64,000 nt of DNA, taken from contig JBMRGM010000036.1 in assembly GCA_052327205.1 (NCBI GenBank), positions 33,046,001-33,110,000 on the forward strand, in the 5' to 3' direction. Both the position numbers and the translations under genes were made by a program. The notes beneath the pieces are model-generated. The model saw only the letters and a list, made by a program, of their open reading frames with translations. It ran no database searches and was not told the origin of the DNA. This document shows, in pieces, positions 25,866 to 36,713 of the stretch. Each line of letters starts with the position of its first letter. Within the stretch, counting starts at the first letter, position 1. This stretch comes from Somniosus microcephalus. Its lineage: Eukaryota.

Positions 25866-26586
25866 ACTAAGAGGAGACACCGAGGGACACACTCACTGGA
25901 AGTAAACACACCGCAGGACACACTCACTAGAAGGAGACACCGCGTGTCACTCCCATTGAAAGGAGATATGCTGTGGGACATATTCACCAGTAGGAGACAC
26001 CATGGGATACCATCACTGGAAGAAGTCACATGGCGGGATAAACTCACTAGAAGGAGACATTGCGGGACACACTTAATGGAAGGAGTCACCGTGGGACACA
26101 CTTATTGGAAGGAGACACGCTACGGGACACAGTCACTGGGAGGAGACACCGCGAGACACACTCACTGGAAGTAGATACGCCGCGGGACACACTAGCTAGA
26201 TGGAGGCACCGCGGGACACATTCACTATAAGGAGACACTGCAGGACACACTCACTGGAAGGAGACACACAACGGGACACCATCACTGGAAGGAGACACAC
26301 AACGGGACACACTCACTGGAAGGAGACACCACGGGACACACACACTGGAAGGAGACACACCACGGGACACACTCACTGGAAGGAGACACAGCGGGCCAAA
26401 CTCGTTGGAAGAAGACACACTGCAGGACACAGCGACTAGAAAGAGACACCGTGGTACACAGTCACTGGAAAGAGACACACTGCGGGACACAGCCACTAGA
26501 AGGAGACACCACAGGACCCAATCACTGGAAGGAGACACCACAGGACACACTCACTGGAAGGAGACAATGCGGGACACATTCACGGG
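25866..26586. repeat. Minisatellite, 29-31 bp unit (consensus ~CTCACTGGAAGGAGACAC(AC)CGCGGGACACA), roughly 24 copies
   Basis: Directly visible contiguous tandem units with no unique spacers. Confidence 0.92.
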
Positions 26587-26729
26587 ACTGAGGTCGAGGC
26601 CCTGGAGCGAGGACGATGCCCGGGGCTAGGAGGGGGTCTAGGAGAGAGGTCGGGACCCAGGAGCGAGGACGAGGCCCAGGAGCATGAACGAACCCAGCAG
26701 CGAGGTCGAGGCCCAGGAGTTGTGCAGCG

Positions 26730-28298
26730 TGGACCAGTAGTGGCGTCAGGAGTACCACACTGATGCCTATGAAACCAAGGGAAAGAGGACGTGTGGGAAA
26801 GAGGGAGGAAGACAGTCGGAGTTTGGTTGTGTGTGTGTGCCGATGTAGCAGAGCCTGGTCTCCAATCCTCTTGGATCCCCTTGCTGTTGGCTAAGACCTT
26901 GCTCTGTCTTGCCCGTGTGGTAGCTTGTGTGCAACGACCAATTCTCATTAAAATAATTCACGCACCGGAATCTTCCACCCTTTAAAATGAAGTTCAGGAA
27001 CTGGAAAGTCAGGACACTCATGGACAACCTCAAAAGTGAGAGACCAGAACACCGTACTGCGATCGTTGCCCGGGTGCTCAAACGTTTTGACATAGACATT
27101 GCCACCCTAAGCGAGACCTGGCGGGCAGCGGGAGGACAGCTCAAGCAGCAAGGCGATGGTTATACCTTCTTCTAGAAAGGCAAACCTGAAGAAGAATGCC
27201 GTCTCCATGGGGTAGGCTTCGCCATTAAAAATGAGTTAGTTGAACTTCTCAGAGACAACTCTTGTGCAATTAACGCACACCTCATCACTCTATGGCACAC
27301 ACTAGCCGAGAGCCAGTGCGCTATGGTCATCAGTGCGTACACCCCAAAACTGGAAGCCACAGATGCGACAAAAGAGGAATTCTACTCCAGCCTCGAACAA
27401 TCCCTGTCCTGAGTCCCAATGGGCGACAAGCTAATCGTCCTTGGCGACTTTAACGGCAGAGAAAGAAAAGGTCACAGACCTCTGGGGAGATATGATCGGC
27501 AGAGATGGGGCAGCGAAAGACAACTCCAACGGTACCCTCCTGCTGATGAAAGGCTTAGAACATGGCCTTGTCATAACAAACACCAAGTTCCATCAGAGAG
27601 ACAAGTACAAGGCTTCCTGGCAACAACCTCGCTCCAAGCACTGGCATCTGCTGGTTTACGTCATTATCCGAGCAAGAACCGCAAGTACATGTGCATCACC
27701 GTGCCATGACAAGAGCTGATGACTACTAGGCAGACCACCACCTAATCTGCTCTGTCATCTCCATCAATGTGGACCCAAAACAGCGGCGGCAACAGAAGCA
27801 GCGCCATAGGAAAATCAACATTGGAGCACTGAAAGGCTCTGCTAAGAAAGTCCTATACAGTCTGTGCCTCACCACCAAATTGACGACTCCCAGTGACTCA
27901 GAGACACAGAGTGTCCTCAGCGCCTGGTCTGCACTCAAGGCCTCCATAATCAGCACCTGTGAAGAAACACCCGGTCACTCGACCACGAAACACCAAGAGT
28001 GGTTCGACGAGAATGACAAGGAGATGTAAGAGCTAAGAAGCCACAAACGCAAGGCATTCCTGGTCTGGAAACAGCAACAGAACTCGAGAGCAAGAAAGCA
28101 GCTCTACAGACGCCTGAAGGCCGAGGTCCAACAAAAAACTGGCGACATAAAGAACAGATGGTGGGTGGAGAAATCGCAGAAGATCCAGCAGCTAGCCGAC
28201 AACCACGACATGCGTGGATTATTTAGTGCAGTCAAGACCACATAAGGCCCAAGCACCCAAGGTCCTACCCCACTATGAACCAAAAGCGGACAGGTACT
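26730..28298 (+). mobile_element. RTE-clade LINE, 5' part (UTR + AP endonuclease), decayed
   Basis: NWKVRTLMDN...ERPEHRTAIVARVLKRFDIDIATLSET...GYTFF; LIVLGDFN; KHQEWFDEND. Many stops and frameshifts; 5' boundary approximate. Confidence 0.9.
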
Positions 28299-30852
28299 CA
28301 TAAGAACATAAGAAATAGGAGCAGGAGTAGGCCTATCGTCCCCTCGAGCCTGCTCCACCATTCAATATGATCATGGCTGATCTGATCCTAACCGCCAATC
28401 TACTATCACAGAACCATCTCCCGAATCTAACAGAATTAGACACACAAAATAGGAGCAGGATCAGGCTACACGGCCCCTGGGCCCGCTCCGCTACGCACAG
28501 GGCCATATCCGATCCGAACCTAGACTCAAGTCCAAATTCCTGCCTGCTCCCCGTAACCTTTAATTCCCTTTACTTCTAGGAAACTGTCTATTTCTGTTTA
28601 AAATTTATGTAATGATGTAGCTTCTGCAGCTTTTTGGGGCAGCATATTCCATGGACCTACCACCCTCTGAGTGAAGTAGTTCCTCCTCATCTCAGTTTTG
28701 AAAGAGCAGCCCCTTTATTCTATGTCTATGCCCCCTAGTTCTAGTTTCACCCATCATCGGGAACATCCTCCCCGCATCCACCCGATCCAAACCCTTCACA
28801 ATCTTATATGTTTCAATAAGATCACCTCTCATTCTTCTGAACTCCAATGAGTAGAGTCCCAATCTACTCAACCTCTCCTCATATGTCCATCCCCTCATCC
28901 CCGGGATTAACCGAGTGAACCTTCTTTGTACTGACTCGAGAGCAAGTATGTCCTTTCTTAAGTCTGGACACCAAAACTGTATGCAGTATTCCAGTTGCGG
29001 TCTCACCAATACCTTGTACAACTGAAGCAATACCTCCCTATTTTTATATTCTATCCCCCTAGCAATGAAAGCCAACATTCCATTGGCCTTCTTAATCACT
29101 TGCTGCACCTGCATACTAACCTTTTGAGTTTCGTGCACCAGGACCCCCAGATCTCTTTGTACTTCAGTACTATCCAGTTTCTTCCCATTAACATAATAAC
29201 TTGCTCTACGATTTTTCCTGCCAAAGTGCATAACCTCACACTGTCCAGTATTGTATTCCATCTGCCAAATCTCTGCCTGTCTATGTCCCCTTGCAGGTTT
29301 TGTATGTCCTCCTCACTCACTACATTCCCTCCCATCTTAGTATCATCTGCAAACTTTGATATGTTACACTCGGTCCCCTCCTCCAAATCGTTAATATAGA
29401 TTGTAAAGAGTTGGGGACCCATCACTGACCCCTGCGGAACACCACTAGCTACTGATTGCCAGTCTGAGAATGAACCATTTATCCCAACTCTCTGCCTTCT
29501 GTTAGATAGCCAATCCTCTATTCATGCCAGAATATTACCCCCAATCCCGTGATTTTTTATCTTAAGCAATAATCTTTTGTGTGGCACCTTGTCAAATGCC
29601 TTTTGGAAGTCTAAATACAATACGTCCACTGGTTCCCCTTTATCCACCCTATATGTTACTTCCTCAAAGAACTCCAGCAAATTTGTCATACATGACTTCC
29701 CCTTCATAAAACCATGCTGACTTTGTCCTATTAAATTATGATTATCCAAATGTCCTGTTACTGTCTCCTTAATAATGGACTCCAAAATTTTACCTACCAC
29801 AGATGTTAGGCTAACTGGTCTATAGTTTCCAGCCTTCTGTCTACTGCCGCTTTTAAATAAGGGAGTTGCATTAGCAGTTTTCCAGTCTGGCAGGACTTTT
29901 GCTGAGTCCAGGGAGTTTTGGAAAATTATTACCAAAGCATCCACAATCCCTACCGCCACTTCCCTCAAGACCCTAGGATGTAAGCCATCAGGTCCAGGTG
30001 ATTTATCCGCCTTGAGTCCCATTATTTTACCGAGTACCACTTCCTTAGTGATTTTGATCGTGTTTAGCTCCTCCCCCCCTATAGGCCCCTGTTTGTCCAG
30101 TGTTGGGATATTCTTAGTATCTTCGACTGTAAAGACTGATATAAAATATTCATTCAGTGTTTTTACCATCTCCATATTTCCCACCATTAATTTCCCAGTC
30201 TCATCCTCTAAGGGACCAACATTTACTTTAGCCACGCTTTTTCTTTTTATATAACAATAAAAACTCTTACTATCTGTTTTGATATTTTTGTTAATTTACT
30301 TTCATAATCTATCTTCCCTTTCTTAATCAATCTTTTTCTTATTTTTTGCTGTCTTTTAAAGTTTTCCCAATCCTCTATCCTCCCACTAGATTTGGCTACC
30401 TTATATGCCCTTGTTTTTAGTCGATTACTATCCTTAATTTCTTTACTTAGCCAGGGATGGCTGTCTTTTGTTTTACACCCTTTTCTTCTCAGTGGAATAT
30501 ATATTTTTTCGAAGCTGTAAAATAACTCCTTAAATGTACACCACTGATCATGTTTCGTCTTACCCTTTAATCTATTTTCCCAATCCACTCTACTCAATTC
30601 TGCTCTCATACCTTCATAATCTCCTTTATTCAAGCTTAGCATGCTTGTTTGAGATCCAACCTTCTCACCCTCTAATTGAGTATGGAATTCAACCATGTTA
30701 TAGTCACTCATTCCAAGGGGATCCTTTACTAGGACATTTTTAATTAATCCTGTCTCGTTACACAGGACCAGATCTAAGGTTGCTTGCCCCCTGGTCGGTT
30801 CAGTTACATACTGCTCAAGAAACCCATCCCTAATACACTCAATGAACTCATC
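28299..30852 (-). mobile_element. 5'-truncated CR1 LINE nested in the RTE element
   Basis: ORF2 pieces: KSPGPDGLHPRVL, GNYRPVSLTSVVGK, SQHGF, YLDFQKAFDKVPH, KFADDTK, LVRPQLEYC; 3' tail TTCTTATGTTCTTA; few disruptions. Confidence 0.95.
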
Positions 30853-32712
30853 ATCAAGGGCAGAGAGGGAGTCAGCATCTCCTGGAAGGAGCACTTTGAA
30901 GAATTCCTTAACTGAGTCTCTGTCTTCGATGTGAGTGTCCTCAACTCCATCCCGCAGCAGGCTACCCGCCACCTCCTCAGCACAACCACAGCCAAGTGTA
31001 AGGTTGAAAATGCCATCTGACAACTGAAGAAGAACAAGGCCTCAGGAGCAGATGAAATACCCGCCGAGGCGCTAAAACATGTAGAAGAAGCAATATTGAC
31101 ACAAATACATGAACTCATTTCTCTTACTAGGAGCGAGGAGAGCATACTAGGGGATTTCACAGTGGTCGAAATCGTGTACATCTACAAGAATAGTGACAAG
31201 TCCGACTGCGGTAATTACAGAGGAGTCTCCCTGCTGCCTGCTACAGGGGAAGTCATTGCAAGAATCTCCTCAATCGCTTTTTCTCATTGGCTGAAGAGCT
31301 CCTCCCAGATTCGCAATGCAGATTCCGCCCACTAAGGTGCACGATGGACATGATCTTCACCACGCGTCAACTGTAAGGGGAATGCAGGGAGCAGCACCAA
31401 CTGCTGTACATGGCCTTCCTTGAACTCACCAAGGGCTCCGACACCATCAATTGTGAGGGATTATGGAGTGACTTCCTCAAATTCGGCTGCCCTCAAAAGT
31501 TTGTCACCATCCTCAGTCTGCTTCACTATGACCTGCAAGCCATGATCCTGACGAATGGATCCAACACAGACCCAATTCATTTACGGAATGGGGTTAAACA
31601 AGGCTGTGTCAGCGCACCAACACTCTTCACGCTGTTCTCACCCTCAGTAAGCTCCCGGCTGCAGTGGAGCTAGTGTACGGAACAAAGGGGAAACTGTTCA
31701 TCCTCTGTCAGCTCCATTCTAGATCCAAGGTAATTGCATCCTCTGTCATCGAATCGCAGTATGCATGCAATGCTTTCATCTGCACACACTCTGAGGTCGA
31801 ACTCCAAACCACCATCAACAACTTCACCAAAGCGTACTAGAGCATGGGCCTTAAACTAAACATCCGTAAGACAAAGGTCCTCTACCAACATACCCCCACC
31901 ACACATTGCTGCTCCTGATTATCAAAATCCTTGACGAGGCATTGGACAACGTGGACCACTTTCCATATCTCGGGAGCAGACTGTCAACAAGGGCAGACGT
32001 CGATGACGAACTCTTACACCGCGTTCAGTCTGCCATTGTAGCCTTCGGTCGCCTGAGGAAGAGAATGTTTGAAGAACAGGACCTCAAACCCAGCAACAAG
32101 CTGATGGTCTACAGAACAGTAGAGATACACGCCCCCCCTGTATAGTTTAGAGACATGGTCCATGTAGAGCAGGCACCGCAACGTACAGGAGAGGTACCAC
32201 CAACGCTGCCTCTGCAAGATCCTGCAAATCCACTGGCAGGATAGGCACACCAACATCAGTGTTCTCGCTCAGGCCAACATCCTCAGCATCGAACCTTTGA
32301 CCACGCTCTGGCAGCTCCATCGCCCGCATGCCCGATTTGAGACACCCAAAACTGGCGCTCAACTCGGAGCTCTGACATGGCAAGAGAGCCCCAGGTGGGC
32401 AGAGGAAACCCTTCAAGGACACCCTCAAAACCTATTCTGAAAAAGTGCAACATCCCCACCGACACCTGGGAATCCCTGGCCCAAGACCACACATAATGGA
32501 GAAGCATCCAGGAAGGCGCCGAACAGCTCGAGACTCTTCGCTGTGAGCAAGTGGAAGCCAAGCGCAAACAACGCAAGGAGCGCACGTCAATGCAAGCACC
32601 CCACGCACCCGCCACTTAAACCACCATCTGCCCCATTGGTGACAGAGACCGTAAGTCCCGCATTGGACTCATCAGTCATTTGAGAGCTCATTTTTAGTGT
32701 CAAAGCACGTCA
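30853..32712 (+). mobile_element. RTE-clade LINE, 3' part (RT + C-terminus), decayed
   Basis: DCGNYRGVSLL, GVKQGCVSAPTLF, VDHFPYLGS, terminal RIGLISHLRAH; resumes the RTE sequence broken at ~28300 (gtactcat...caagg). Confidence 0.9.
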
Positions 32713-32715
32713 TCT

Positions 32716-32960
32716 GGAATTTAACATAGAGGTACAGCAAGCAATTAGGAAAGCAACTGATATGTTGGCCTTTATTACAAGAGGATTTGTGTACAAGAGT
32801 AAAGGCGCCTTACTGGGGTTATATAGGCCCTTGGTGAGACCTCAACTGGAATATTGTGTACAGTTTCAGTCTCCTTACCTAAGGAAGTATACCATTGCCA
32901 TAGAGTGAGTGCAACAAAGGTTCACCAGACAGATTCTTGGGATGGGGGATTGTCCTTACG
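32716..32960 (+). mobile_element. CR1 LINE ORF2 fragment
   Basis: VQQAIRKA..MLAFITRGF.YKSK...LVRPQLEYCVQF...QQRFTR. Confidence 0.8.
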
Positions 32961-33249
32961 CTCCAGCAGGATCCCGCAGTGTCATGATTCAGCAACTTCC
33001 AGCACCCTTTAGCAGACTGAGTCTCAGGCTCATGCTTCAATCTCCAGGCTGGCTGAGGCTCAGCCTCCAGGTTGGGCAACGTGGTTCGGCAGACCCCACT
33101 TCCGCCTTCATAAATAGCACTGTCCATTCCCGATCGGATCGAGTGCGCATGTGAGACCGCATGCGCAATGATGAAATGGTGTGCATGCTCAGATGGAGTC
33201 TAAGACACCGTGGAAAAAATCACCCTGTCAAAGTTATTACTTCAATGAG

Positions 33250-33935
33250 CGACTAATGTTATTGGTGTGCGATAGTTCCACAATCCTACCATCCTTCACG
33301 TGAACTGTTTCCTAACTTCACTTCTTATTGCCTTGGCTCTGAATTTAAGGTTATGTACGCTTTTCCTAGACTGCCACACCAATGAAAAAAAGTTTCTCGC
33401 TCTCTACCGTATCAACCCCATCAGAAACCTAAAGACTTCAATCAAGTCACACCTTAACCTCCATATTTCAAGGTAAAGCAGCCTACATTATGCTTCTCTC
33501 ACCATAATCCAACCTTGGAAGCCTGGTAATATTCAGGTGAATCTGCACAGCACCCCTTCCACGTCAAAAATATCCTTCGTAATTTTTGGTGCCCGGAACT
33601 GTACACCATACTCCAAATGTGTTCTAAACAGGGCTTTCTTCCATTTATATTCTAGACTTCTATTCCATTCCTTTTGCATTTAAAAAATTGTTTTATACCT
33701 GACGACAACATTTTAATGATCTGTGTACATGGACCCCTAAATCTGTCTGGACCTCCACTTTGTTCCTAGCTTTTCACCATTTAAGTAATACTAGGATTTA
33801 TCATGCTTTATCGATCCTTCAGCGATTGAAAACTGTTTCCATTTATTTACTCTTTCTAAACGCTCCATGATTTGAAAGACCACTATCAAATCTTCTCTTA
33901 TTCTTCTCTGCTCCAAGGAGAACAACGCCAGCTTC
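33250..33935 (-). mobile_element. Decayed CR1 3' fragments
   Basis: Reverse complement of CR1 C-terminal motifs (cttcaatcaagtcac, gtgaatctg, actgtacacc, ggacccctaaatc). Confidence 0.6.
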
Positions 33936-33938
33936 TTT

Positions 33939-34190
33939 ATGTACCTTGGGGAAATTAAAAGCAGATTGGGTGACCAATTTGTGGAACACCTCCATTCAGT
34001 TCGTAAGAGTAACCCCGAGCTTCCGGTCGCCTGTCACTTTAATTCTCCACGCCACTCCCACTCTCAGATCTCTGTCCTCGGCCTCTTACACGTTTCCAAT
34101 GAAGCTCAACGTAAGCTCTAGGAAGGGCATTTCATTTTTCTATTAGGAACTCTACATTCTTCTGGACTCAAAATTGAGTTCCACAATTGC
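33939..34190 (+). mobile_element. Penelope-like element fragment (GIY-YIG endonuclease C-terminus)
   Basis: YLGEIKSRLGDQFVEHLHSV...PVACHFNS..HS...RKL*E.HFIFLLGTL...GL.IEF. Confidence 0.8.
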
Positions 34191-34349
34191 AGTCCATAAA
34201 CTCTGCCCCTGTTTTTTTCAAGCGGCAGCAGTTGATGCCTCTATTTGTGAAGCCCGGGATCCCATATGCATTATTACTTTCGTAGAAGTCCCGCATATCA
34301 CACTTCATACACTTAACCTGCAATGCCATTTCAAGTTGTTAACAGATAA

Positions 34350-34645
34350 TTATAGAATAATACAGCACACCATGCCTCTGCCGGCTCTTGATAGAGCTAT
34401 CCATTTAGTTCCACTGACCTGCTCTTTCTCCATAGCCCTGTAAAATCCCTGTAAGTATTTATCCAATTCCATTTTGGAAGTTAATATTGAATCTGTTTCT
34501 GCCACCATGTCAGGCAGTGCAGTGCAGATCAGAACAACTCACGGCATCAAAAGAAAGTTTCCTCATGTCGGCTGTGGTTCATTTTTCAATCATCTTAAAT
34601 ATGTGTTATCTGATGACCGACCCTGCTGGCACGAAAAGCTCTTTA
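34350..34645 (-). mobile_element. CR1 3' end fragment
   Basis: Reverse complement of the CR1 3' UTR and C-terminus (tttctccatagccctg, tatccaattcc, ccaccatgtcaggcagtgc). Confidence 0.6.
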
Positions 34646-34649
34646 TCAT

Positions 34650-35420
34650 TCTGTACCTGTTCTGAATCTATCCCATTTAACCCGCTTGCAGTACCACACA
34701 ACACGTTGGAGGGTGGCCTCAGTGTGAAGACGGGACTTCTTCTCCACAATGACTGTGTGGCCATCACTGCTACGAATGCTGTCATGGATAGATGCATCTG
34801 CGACAGGTAGTTTGGTGAGGTCGAAGTCAAGTAGGTTTCTCCCTCGTGTTGCTTCTCTCATCACCTGTCGCAGGCCCAGACTGGCAGTCATATCCTTCAT
34901 GACTCGGCCAGCTCGGTCAGTAGTGACGCTATGAGTCACTCCTGGTGATGGGCATTGAAGTCCCCCACCCAGTGTAAATTCTGTGTCCTTGCTCCACTCT
35001 GCTTCAAAGAGGTGTTCAACGTGGAGGAGTACTGATTCATCAGATGAGGGAAGGCGTTAGGTGGTAATCAGCTGCAGGTTTCCTTGCCCATGCTGGACCT
35101 GAAGCCATGAGGCTTCATGGGGCCAGGATTTAATGTTGAACACTCCCATGGCCACTCCTTCCAGACTGTATACCACTGTGCCGCCACACTTGGTTGGACT
35201 GTCCAACCTGTGGGAATGGCCATGCCCTGGAAGGGTGGTGGAGGATTTTGAGACTTTGGCTGAAATGTATTTTTTTTTGAAAATGACAATTGCTTGACTA
35301 GTGTGTTGGACAGCTCTCCAAATTTTGGCACAATCCGCCAGATATTTGTGAGCAGGAGTTTGCAGGATCGACAGGGCTAAGTGTGCTGTTGTCATGTCCG
35401 TAGCCAATGCCGAGTGGTCG
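34650..35420 (-). mobile_element. CR1/L2-group LINE AP-endonuclease fragment
   Basis: GGTVVYS...PHEASWLQVQHGQGNL.LITT; GDFN; TTDRAGRV.KD...GLRQVMREATRGRNLLD; VVWY.KR.KWDRFRT. Confidence 0.8.
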
Positions 35421-35449
35421 GTCCAGTTTTATTCCTAATATTCTTTGTA

Positions 35450-35765
35450 GCTCGCTAGGCCAATTCACAGGGCGGTTAAGTCAACCACATTGCTGTTTGG
35501 TCTAGAATCACATATAGGCCAGATCAGGTAAGGATGGCAGATTTAATTTCCTAAAGGACATTAGTGAATCAGATGGGTTTCTTTTAAGGAAACCCAATAG
35601 TTTAATGGTTACCATTACTGATACCGTCTTTTTCCCCAGATTTATTTAATTCACTGTATTAAAATTCCCCAGCTGCCATGCTGGGATTTGAACACACGTC
35701 TACCGGATCAGCCACCTGGTCCTGTGGGTTATTAGTCGAGTAACGTAACAACAATGCTACCATTC
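35450..35765 (-). mobile_element. tRNA-derived SINE or LINE head with a conserved central core (MetaSINE-like)
   Basis: Minus strand: A-box-like GGTAGCATTGTTG; B-box GTTCAAATCCC; core TTCACTAATGTCCTTTAGGAAA..AAATCTGCCATCCTTACCTGATCTGGCCTATATGTGATTCTAGACC...CAGCAATGTGGTTGAC. Family name assigned from memory. Confidence 0.6.
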
Positions 35766-36713
35766 CCGTGCCGAATGTGCATGAACATTTGCAGTGTATC
35801 AGGATCCTTTCAGATTTTTCTGGGGATAGAGTTTATTGTGATCCAGCCAGACGACTCTCGGAGTGTTACTGTAACAACATTTACCTAGGTGTGCACAGTG
35901 AATCACAGCCTAACATGCTACCGCCAGATACGTATGTGGATTCACAGTTTATCAGCTTTCTATCTGTATGGGAATTCACAGTGTATCAGCATACTGCCTT
36001 TTCAGTATGTAATTTCGAAATTTATTGGGTCCTGACCAGGTGTGTATGCTGGTTTACGTTGTAACGGGATTCTCCAGCTGGGCATATAAACCTATAAATA
36101 TATATTGCCACATATACCTGAAGATAAATGCATATATATGTTAATATATATATATATATATAATTATGAAAATAACGAAGTTGCCATATTTATGACTGCA
36201 ATGGAGCTGTGTTACACCCATGGAAAGCAGGAATGTGCTTGTTGAAACCTCCGCTTCAAATGGTTGAAGACATTATCGTACCAGAGCAGAACACAAACTG
36301 CACAAACTTCAATCCTCCCGCTATTCAGTTCTATTGAAGTCGATGGAAGGGCTCATCGTACCGAGCGCATAACGGACCCCAGAGAATAATAGAATGGTTA
36401 AAGCACAGAAGGAGGCCGTTTGGCCCATCGCGCCCATGCTGGACTTCAGCTAGTCCCAGTTCCCCGCCCTTCCTCCATAGCCCTGCACTTGTTTATTGGT
36501 TCAGGTACTTGCCCAATTCCCTTTTGAAATCCATGTTTGAGTCTTCCTCCACCACCCTATCAAGCGGCGCATTACAAATCCTAACCACTAGTTGCATATA
36601 AAATCTTTTCCCTCATGTCATCTTTGGTGCTTCTGCCCATCACCTTAAATCTGTGATATCTGGTTCGCCACCATTCTGCCAATGGGAACAGTTTCTCTCT
36701 ATCGACTCTGTCC

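Noticed and set aside
25866-26586. CRISPR-like periodic repeat
   Set aside because: Contiguous units without unique spacers, eukaryotic context and no cas genes; it is a minisatellite.
30247-31023. 258-aa ORF, the longest in the window
   Set aside because: Chimera of antisense RTE sequence and the truncated CR1 ORF2 across the insertion junction at ~30852.
35885-35963. 79-nt minus-strand exon-like segment (catacag|...TAG|gtaaat)
   Set aside because: Not phase-symmetric with the cassette exons and lies in a degenerate repeat-like stretch.
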